Shown here: positions 37,860 to 46,480 of the stretch, one piece after another
Position numbering within the stretch: the stretch's first letter is position 1
Layout: each line of letters begins with the position of its first letter
Origin: Dicyema japonicum
Taxonomy: Eukaryota; Animalia; Dicyemida
Assembly: GCA_011109175.1 (NCBI GenBank)
Contig: RDEW01000010.1
Location: 1,384,579-1,431,058 of the forward strand
Reading direction: 5' to 3'
Length of the DNA stretch: 46,480 bases
The notes under the pieces: generated by a model
What the model was told of the DNA's origin: nothing
What the model saw: the letters and a program-made list of their open reading frames with translations, nothing else
Database searches by the model: none
Program-made: the position numbers and the translations under genes

Positions 37860-38985
37860 GAAGTCTTTAGTTTTGTTTTAGATAGGCCCATACCCAATGC
37901 TGATTATTTATAGCTGATCATTAGTTGGACGTGGAGTGAGTTTATTGATGAGTTAAGTAACTTCCATAGTGACCCAGAAGAGTGTTTACAAAATTCAGTT
38001 TTCTTTGAGAGGAAGACATAGTGTTGTTGACGTGTTTGCTAAATGTCACGAATGAGTCGAACGTGACCCCCAAATTTTTACATAGAGTTGTGGAAAAATA
38101 CATTATTGAGGACTATAGTTGGTGTAGAGTTTTTTAATCTTCTATCGGAAGTAAATAAAGTTTTGGAGGACTTTTCAGAGCTTGTTGATAGTAAATTCTT
38201 CTCAAACCTAATTCTCAAGCTATCTAGTTAATCTTGCAGTAGACCAGAGGCTGCCTTGTATGTTGTCGAGGACGTGAAAATGTTCGATATTGAATCCGCA
38301 TAAGAAGTGGTCGATGAAAGCGACGAACTTTCTCCACTTTACATTCTTGTAGTCCGTGTAAAATATGTCTCTCCTAATAATGGACGCTTTTCCTGTAATC
38401 TTATTAAGTATAGAATTGTGATAGTATTCACGTCGTAAAGCAGCGACCAATTTGCGAGTGAGGCAAGCGTAAGATCTGGGGAGGACGTCCTGTCATTGGA
38501 TCTGTAAGGTATTCTGGTATTGGATAGGGGTTGTTCAAGGTGACTAGGTTTTCCAGAATGGGTAGCAAATGATTCCTCTTGTTATCTCCCGACTGATTTT
38601 CGAACCATGTCGATCGCTTTGCATTAAGATTTCCACATATTAATAAGTTATGGGTATCTTTGACGTCCAGCAGTGAGAGTTAAAATTTTTATAGCAAGAG
38701 TTGGTGGGGGTACACATATAAGTTCAAGATCGATAAGTTACCTGATAGTGTTAGTACCGTAGTGGCAATGAACTCAACGGGTGGTTAAATGTTTCGAATT
38801 TTGGTTATGAAAGTAAGGAATACATCTCTTGATGTGAGTGATGATACTCCCAGGCCGGCCAGTAGGTAGGTCTCATCGGATGACGTTGTATCCTGGGAAG
38901 GTGGGGTGAGTGAAAAGGGAGAGAGTTTGTGTCGTGTTTCTTCAAAATATTTCGGAGTTCCAACCCTTAACGATTTTTTCAAACG
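37860..38985 (-). mobile_element. Decayed Jockey/I-like LINE (APE and post-RT remnants)
   Basis: NLYVPPP and ICGNLNAK (compare ICGDLNAK near 42950), plus KNLGVTFDS..FSKHVN. Boundaries are approximate. Confidence 0.7.
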
Positions 38986-39420
38986 ACATTCCTCAGGAAT
39001 CTTCTCTCTCCTCTGCTTCTTTTAACTTATTCATGCACGATGTGCCCCTTTAATACTGCTGACGTATGAAAATGATTAGGTCATCGCATGTAAAAACAGC
39101 TCAACTGAAAGACCAAGCTAGCCTTTTCTCACGACTCTTGAGACATTTGATTTGAAGAAAAGATTTTCAGTGTCTCCAAAAAGTCTTCTTATTCTATTTT
39201 TCTACGGATCATGGATAGAAGGAAAACTCAGTGTTCAGATTAAACAGATGATTGTTTCCAAAAGACTTGAAATGACTTTTGACCCAGTTTATTATGAAGA
39301 ATGTTCTACAAGTGTCTGAAAAAACTAAACTGTCTTAAGGCAATGGTCACGAATTGAAGTAAGAAAGGGTTTTCATCCATCATAAAGATAAGTGACAACG
39401 TCGTACAATACAAGTACATC
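38986..39420 (+). mobile_element. Decayed Jockey/I-like RT-core fragment
   Basis: IPQESSLSSASFNLFMHDVP (GVPQGS-type motif), followed by VSPKKS and LEMTFD remnants. Confidence 0.6.
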
Positions 39421-39769
39421 TTAACCTTCTGCCGAATTAACCGCTTGGTTAACAGGTCTAGCGTAGTTAAAGGAAAAAATAAAGCACAAATAAGATAAAC
39501 TCAGTTCAATCATGAGTTCTGCCTTTCATCCAGGAATTTTCAAAATGTTACTCATGTAACCAATAATTGACATATTTTAATAACTTTTAAGCATTTTTGA
39601 ATTAATAAAAACATCAGATACACATAATTTTCGATTTTAGGAGTATTCAAAGTGGATTAACACTATCTCATTATTTCGATCAATTATTAATTGTCTAGTT
39701 GACTTTGATCCCAATAAAAGTGTTAATAAGTTGATAATAAAACAATTGTTAGACAAAAGAAACAAATCA

Positions 39770-40050
39770 GACACCAGCTTCCAAGAGACGGTGAGCATTG
39801 CTGCAAATAATGGTAATTCCGAGACGTTCGCGTAATTTATTTACCTGGTGGTCCGGTTTTTTGAATTTTTCCCAGAATTGTAGTCTTAACATCTGGAAAT
39901 GATCCATAAATTTGACTCCAAATGTAGGTGATGAGATGGAGTACTTTTTAGGCAACCAGTGATTATTCAGAAGGAAGAGTTTTGGATTTTTCAATTCTCG
40001 TAATAGACAGACAGAAGCCTTTAAGTTTGTGCAATTAGAACCAAAAACAC
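39770..40050 (-). mobile_element. CRE-like endonuclease 3' fragment
   Basis: KLRERLGITIICSNA matches the conserved CRE C-terminal motif (LRQKIGIAIVRRN in the 34129-37126 copy). Confidence 0.65.
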
Positions 40051-40108
40051 TCATTTACCAAAACAAAGTTAGAGATTATTGAAAAATAATTTAAATAAAT
40101 ATTCCAAA

Positions 40109-41537
40109 TTAGCAAAGTAATCCAAAAATTGCATTATTTCGGCAAATAGCTGGTCCATGTTCTTGATAATCCGTCCGCTTATGAACGACGGTATTAAATT
40201 CAGGCTATAAACAAATTTCAAAACAATAATACAGTAGAAGCCATCATTGAACTTCCGAAATAGACGGCATATTGCTGCCTTGAATGAGCTGTAACTGTAA
40301 CCTCGGGCGCTTTGCTCTATAATGAATATGACAAATAAATACTGTCGAAGAATAGCGATTTTCGATATTCTTCTTGAGATCTTGATCAATTCGCCTGTGC
40401 AAATTTTGATAAATAGTAGAACCACCACTCATAACAACATTCTAGTGAAAATAAAGACAAAACAACATTGAGGAGTCCTCTTCTCACGTCGAATGGACAA
40501 GAATAAACAGAATCAACAATAAGCGAATCAAGTGAAGCTGTAAATTCAGGATTATAAATTTCTGGTCGAAAAAATAATTCTGAGCCCAAAAATCGTTCAT
40601 ATGACATATCAAACGTAAAAGGGACGTTGTTGACGTTATTTATTCCATTATAAGTTCTTATTACTTTATGAGGTTCAGTTTCGAGTTTTTTGAACTCTGT
40701 TACAATATTTCTTCCTGTGTATCCGTGTAATTCCTAAATCTTCTTAAGCATATATCAACCTTAACATTCTTAGCAACATCATAAAGGCATTCCGGGGGAA
40801 TTCCATTTTCTCGTTCTCTAATCAACTGTTGGGTAAATGAAGTCATTTCTGTGCCAGCAATCGGCAAATAACGCATGCTTGTACCTATGGAGTATCCCAA
40901 GACCTTTCGAAAATAAGTAAGACAAGATTTCATACCACAGGGATAATGTGAGTCAAACCATGCCCGGAGTCTATTACAATTCCAGTTGTTGGACGGTCAG
41001 TTGCTGCCCTTTTAGTCCAGGAAGCAGGTCAAAGCCATTAGAGCTTGCATTCCAATATAAATGCCACCGACTTCAAATGTCTCAAACATTAATTCGGCCA
41101 AGAATTCTCTGTTTTCTGGAGTATTCAAGGGAGGTTCAGTCTTACATTAATAAAATATAAAAACAAGGAAAAAATAATGCAGAGATGGATCCACAGAAAG
41201 GTAAGAGTAAATGATGGAACTCATCATCTTCTCGTAAAGTGTATAGTCATTGATAAGACCATTTTTCATAGGTGACTTATTTTTAATAATAATTATAACT
41301 TTTTGATAAGCTTTTGAATAGGCAGATAATTCGTCACCAATAGCAAAATCCAAATCTGACAATACTTTTGAAGATGAGCCAATTGTGTTACGTCCCTTAG
41401 TTTCTCGAATTCCCACATATGATGGGATTATAAACTGTGGTTGATCCGTTCCGGCAAATCCAATTTTTGTTCGTCTACAGATTAGACAAATAGTGTGACC
41501 CTGTCCCAACGTCAATGACACATGGTATGGTATTCAT
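40109..41537 (-). CDS. ACTR3: Actin-related protein 3 (divergent), with micro-introns
   Basis: CVIDVGTG|[69 protein letters not shown] and [17 protein letters not shown]. Confidence 0.92.
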
Positions 41538-41669
41538 TATTATCAAATGACTCAATAAAAATAATTATTTTAAAAATAGTAATAAATATAATTAATTTTA
41601 TTATTTTTTTATTTTTATCTAATGATAAATATTGTTTTAATTTTAAAACTAAAACATGTTTTTTTTCTC

Positions 41670-41872
41670 TACTTCTTGTTTTTTTAATCTTTTTCTTGCT
41701 TGTATATCCCTGATACAATCCAGTTCAGAAATGATAAATCACTGATGAGGGCCCCTCTTGTTACTTCCAGAAGCATCGCAGATGCGTTGAACCTCAGACA
41801 GAAATGGGCAGAGATTATATCACGAAACCATTTCAATTTGGTCCTGCATTTATTACATTCGCGGCATCCGGT
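41670..41872 (-). mobile_element. Older diverged copy of the tRNA-derived SINE (head and body, no RTE tail)
   Basis: Reverse complement aligns colinearly with 42070-42270: AGGTTCaACGCATCTgCGATGC, GCCcTCATCAGTG, GAACTGGATTGT and CAAGAAAAAGA. Confidence 0.8.
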
Positions 41873-41877
41873 AAACT

Positions 41878-41978
41878 TTTTTAACTCAATAAAAAACATA
41901 TTGTTCATTTTTAGAGTGCAATTAAGATTTTTAACTCAATAAAATCACATTGTTCACGTTTAAAGTGTAAATAAAAAA
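41878..41978. repeat. Two-unit direct tandem repeat, period about 50 bp
   Basis: TTTTTAACTCAATAAAA..ATTGTTCA..TTTA.AGTG recurs at 41878 and 41928. Confidence 0.8.
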
Positions 41979-42069
41979 TCAATATCTTAAGGTAAAAATA
42001 AAGTAATTATTAATTGTAGCGTAGCGTTATGTGGTCCAGCAATTCAAAAAATTCAAAAGGATTTGGCAA

Positions 42070-42390
42070 AGCCGGGTTCATAGTGGTTAGGTGTCGGGCT
42101 TAAGTTGCTTAGGTTACGGGTTCGAATCTCGCTGCTGTTCACCTTGGTGGAAGGTTCCACGCATCTACGATGCAGAAAGAGTTTGACGAGTGACGCCGTC
42201 ATCAGTGGATACTCACTGCGGAACTGGATTGTCTAGAAAGGACACTCACACAAGAAAAAGAAAAAAAGAAGTGATGATCATTCCTTGGTTCTACGATTAG
42301 TTAAAATTAACTGTTCTTTACTTAAATAAAGTGTGTGTCCTGCCTATGCGGAGCTATAAATACTATGGCTCTCGTGAAAAGGCTTTATTA
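42070..42390 (+). mobile_element. tRNA-derived SINE with RTE-derived 3' tail
   Basis: A-box-like TAGTGGTTAGG (42081-42091), B box GGTTCGAATC (42119-42128), 3' stem-loop shared with RTE ends, (TTA)n tail, and probable TSD TTGGCAA at 42063-42069 and 42391-42397. Confidence 0.85.
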
Positions 42391-42397
42391 TTGGCAA

Positions 42398-44335
42398 CCC
42401 CGAGGGCTTTTAATGCCCTCCCGAAAAGGACCATTAGACCCTTTCCTCTCGGAGTCATTATCGACTCCCGGCGATGTGCTTCAAAAAAGTCCAAACATTC
42501 CCGGCGAAAACCCTCAGCCCACTGTGGAGAAAGAAATTTACTGCTCTCCAATTGAACATCAACGGAATTAAAGGCAAGGTCAGGGAACTCTGTTCAATCC
42601 TGGCAAATCAGAAAATCGACGTGGCCATGATTCAAGAAACTAAACTACGCATGAATGATCCCACTCCTTCATTCCCTGGATACGAGGCTATCAGGATGAA
42701 CCGTAAAAAGAGAAGAGGGGTGGAATACTTACTCTATTTAAAAAGAACCTGAAATGCAGAGACATTACTTCGGAAGTGAGGAAACTTGTTAAAAATGACG
42801 AGGCTACTGAGGCAATTGGAATCTCGCTTGGGACAACGAAAGGAAGTCTGTGCCTCGTGAATATCTATTTGCCTCTTCCCGGCTCCTACCCAAAGGACTT
42901 TGTTATTCCAAAACTATCAAGATTGGCTATCTACGAGGAGATCATCATATGTGGAGATTTAAACGCAAAGCACCCATTATGGTTGTTAACCCAACAGGCT
43001 GAAACGAGAGGGAAGCTATTGTTATTGAAATCGGACTCCCTAACGATACTGAACGATCCAGGGAAAAATACAAGGACCCCACTCAGAGAGACGGATCAGC
43101 CTACCTACCGGATGTAACACTGCTCATCGTCGCTTTTATCAAAAATTGATTGGTCTACAAAACAAGAAGCGACCATAATCCAATTGTGATGAATTGTATC
43201 GCGCAATCTCTGATGATAGACAGAAGAATTGTTACTTGGACAGCTTCAAATCGCTAGAAAAAGCGATCAAATAATTTACTTGCACAATCCTAGAAGCAAG
43301 ATCATTGGCTATTCCCAAGCATCGTCTAAATTTCTCTAATGGTCGAGGGAAGTCGGCATTGATCAAAGAAAGAAATCACCTCAAAAAATCTAATTGGATC
43401 ACATTAAAAACGAAACTCCGGATCGGAGCTCTAAACAATGAAATAAAGCCCAGAGAGTTCAAGGCCCAGAAATTGAAGTGGAATCGGATTCTTACAAAGG
43501 TAAATCGCAACCATAGTACCAAAGAAGTGTGGAAAGCCATCCGAAATGTTGCAAAGGGAGAAGAAACTTCCCCCGAGGATGACTTTTTAACGAGACGTTA
43601 ACAATTTGATAAAATTCTACACAAAAATTTCGTACAAAAAACACAGGAAGTCGGAAGTGCTTCTCTTTTCACGCAGAAAACTGAAGAAGGATTCTAACCC
43701 AGTTTACTTCTCGGATAAGGACGTGAAGAATGCGCTGCGTTTTACAAGAACAACGTACTCTACCGGTCCCGACAACATTCCAGTAGTGTTATTGAAGAAC
43801 CTTTGAGATATAGGAGTCGGTTTTCTAACGTCGATTTCAACTATTCAATTAATTAAAATGTAATACCGTTGTTATGGAAGCAAGCCAACATCCGACCTTT
43901 ACTGAAACCTGGAAAACCTAAGGAAGATCCGGCATCATTTAGACCTGTGTCATTGTTATGTTCCGTATCGAAAATCTTGGAGAGGCTTGTACTTGGGGGA
44001 ATCAAGGCTTTCTTACCAGAAAAGGATTTTCAACACGGATTCAAGAGCGATTGTTCTACATCAACGTACATAGAATTTAACCAACTTCATTAGAGATTGA
44101 TTTTCAAACAAACCAAGGCATTTGAAAACAATCTTATGTTTCATTGATATTAACAAAGCCTTTGATTCTATTTCGAGAAAAATATTATCAAAGAAAATTT
44201 TCCAGTCCGAGATCCCGGGGAAACTTAAACTTTGGATAACAAATTTCTTAAGTGGACGGAGGGGACATGTATGCCTCGGATGACTGAAATCAGTCACGCT
44301 TCTTCTCCCAAACGGTGTCCCTCAAGGATCTTTCT
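42398..44335 (+). mobile_element. Jockey/I-like LINE ORF2 (APE plus RT), frameshifted and 3'-truncated
   Basis: LQLNINGI, VAMIQETKL, NIYLP, CGDLNAKHPLW, GPDNI, WKQANIRPLLKPGK..SFRPVSLL, QHGFK, DINKAFDS and GVPQGS. Confidence 0.92.
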
Positions 44336-44559
44336 AAAATGAAAAGTAAATAAAAAGCAAACTATTATTTTTAATTTTGTCTGTATTTTTGTTTGAAAGT
44401 AATCGCGTTAATATGATTTTCCTTTAATTTTTTTAAAAATATTCGATAGATTTTTCATGTTTAGACGAATGCTTGGTTCGCAAAATGGTACAATAGCATT
44501 GATGGCTCCATTGCTGTATTTGGCTAACACTATGACTTTGTTTTATCACTAAGACTTTG

Positions 44560-46340
44560 GATAAAGACAGATGATAAAATTTGATTTGGTAATTTTATTA
44601 AGGAAAGAATAGAGTAAACGGTTATATAGCCTGACTATGTGGTTATTCCCTCTCGAGATTTGCTCAAATAACCAGCAGCGCTCACGAGGGTCTCCTGTTC
44701 GTGTAGCGATCCGATTCCCTAGACGACTTAAGAATTCCAGCGTCGCAGACACAAGGGAACTAGATGTCTCAACGGCGAGTGGCACAAACAAAAATCCTTG
44801 GGTAGGACCGCGTACTTTTCTCATTTCATCTTCTCGGCCTTCTCAGCTGCAGAACAGGTTCCAGAGGCACTCTGGAGTAGGCTGCAAAAGGCAAACGTGT
44901 CGGTGCAGGTAACGTCCCAGAAAATAGATTTCCCGGCTTCAAAAGGGAATATTGTCATCCCATCTGATCGTTTCCCGTCTCGCCTGCAAAGACCGACTGG
45001 TTCGAGCATGGAGGGGTGTCCGGCGGCGTTAAAAGTTCGCCTAACGACTTCGTTCAAGGCCATGTGTCTAGAAAATCACCTGCACTCTTTCAGGAGAAAG
45101 GGTGTAGGCCAAAACTGGTTTCCGCAACGGCACGGATGTAGAACACAGACTTTTAATCCCATTAGCGATGATAGATATGAAGAGAGAGAAAGGTCCACTG
45201 GGTTGCGAATTCCAAGTCCACCAAGTCTTACTGGCACCGTGGCTTGCTTCCATGAGTAATCTTCGAACCGGACGTTGAAGATACGTTCTGCTGTTGTACG
45301 GAAAATCCCGTTAATATCTGCGAGTTGATCATACTGGGTGAAATAGGAAGCAGTCCTCAGGACATATGTAAGCGTCTGTATGTTGAGACTGTTATTTAGG
45401 AGGATTAATGCTGTATGAATGTCAAGTAGACACAAGCGGTCCAGAGTCTCTCTGAGTAACAGTTGTTTTTTCACGCATAGCTCTTCTTATTGCAATTATG
45501 GTGATTGGGGATCCGAGGAATATAAGTTCTTCATCGGGTGTGGAAATACTTCCAGGCAGTAAATTTCCGAAACATGACAAAGGTTTTGAATACTTCTCTT
45601 CTGATAGTCTGCAATTGTAGATTTCGCATTTAATGCAATTTACTTCCAGTCCAGCTTCCAACAGTGCTGGACTTATAACTTCCAATTCCCGTAAAACAGT
45701 ATCCGGGGGTCCTCCTAAAACCGCATCATCCAGATACTATAGGTTGAGGGGCGTGCGCGAAGTTTGGTGATTTTCTCTATTGCAGGACAAAACAATAGGG
45801 GATCTCCCTGTTGCACTCCAGAATACGAATGGATTGAGTAATGCCCGAAAAGTAAAAATGAAAGTAGGCTGTATGACTGACTCACAAATTCGAAAATATT
45901 ATGGCAATTCTCAACACACGCCTCCATGATATTGTCCCTCCTTAGACTATTGAAGGGGTTCTTGGTGTCCAGTTTAACCATCTTCTATACTGCGGTTTAT
46001 GAATGTCCTCACTGAATGGACAACGGCCTCGCATCCCAAGAAAATACCGACGCCTACTTGAGGTAGGTTCAAGAATTTTGTGACGAGTGGAATAGAATAT
46101 CTGGAGGCAATTTTAGCAGCCAGTTTTCTGAAGACAAACCCGACCGCAACTGGTTGTACTCCGCCGCTTTTCTTATCGAAGGCTATCAAATTGGCGGAGA
46201 ACAGGACATAGCAGATAACTTCGGGAAGAACTCCAGACAGGATCCGGTTATAAGTGAAGTAATTGAATTCGTAAGACGAAGTCCCTGGTACCTTACAGAT
46301 CCGCGCTTCCAATCTCTGACAAGCCGACAGGACTTTTACT
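44560..46340 (-). mobile_element. 5'-truncated CRE-like non-LTR retrotransposon
   Basis: GGVQPVAVG..RKLAAK, QVGVG..GCEA, GVQQGDPL, GGLGIR, LEPVGL..DGKRSDG..WDVTCTDT and FVPLAVET. Confidence 0.92.
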
Positions 46341-46480
46341 AATTGATTTTTATTTAATTAAACAATAAATTCTAAATTCCATCGCCCAAAAATATAAAAC
46401 GCCTAGGTTGAGAAACAATGAATGTGCAATTTTTGGTGATGGGTAATTAAAACAATTTCTATCAAAGTTGATTCTTTATC

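Noticed and set aside
37860-39420. Twin-priming inversion of a single LINE
   Set aside because: Both orientations contain the post-RT LGxTFD-type motif, so they are more likely two separate decayed copies; no TSD was found.
41711-41855. Hammerhead ribozyme (CTGATGAG ... CGAAACCA-loop-TGGTC)
   Set aside because: Stem III looks right, but stems I and II do not close around the CTGATGA core. The region is the antisense of a SINE copy, and the sister copy lacks the GAAA and stem III.
42070-42140. Functional tRNA gene
   Set aside because: The acceptor stem and D arm do not pair properly, and it continues into a SINE body with tail and TSD.
1-46480. Prokaryotic systems (CRISPR array, retron, defence operon)
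   Set aside because: The DNA is intron-rich and eukaryotic. All RTs belong to non-LTR retrotransposons, and no repeat-spacer array was seen.

Overview
AT-rich eukaryotic (animal-like) genomic DNA, not prokaryotic. It has six recognisable host genes: AAGAB-like, axonemal dynein heavy chain DNAH2, PTPMT1, HMG20, inositol monophosphatase and a divergent Arp3. There is also one candidate orphan gene. All are split by extremely short spliceosomal introns (almost all 21-35 nt); I traced about 85 by eye in DNAH2 alone. This architecture with the standard genetic code best fits a dicyemid mesozoan (inference). The intergenic DNA is mostly decayed transposons: CRE-, R4-, RTE/BovB- and Jockey/I-like non-LTR elements. 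It also holds a pogo/Tigger DNA transposon carrying two nested retroelements, with all TIRs and TSDs readable, and an apparently uncatalogued tRNA-derived SINE (two head-to-head copies) whose covarying 3' stem-loop is shared with local RTE LINEs. Scattered 1-nt deletions in the genes look like consensus errors. All gene models and counts are manual readings.
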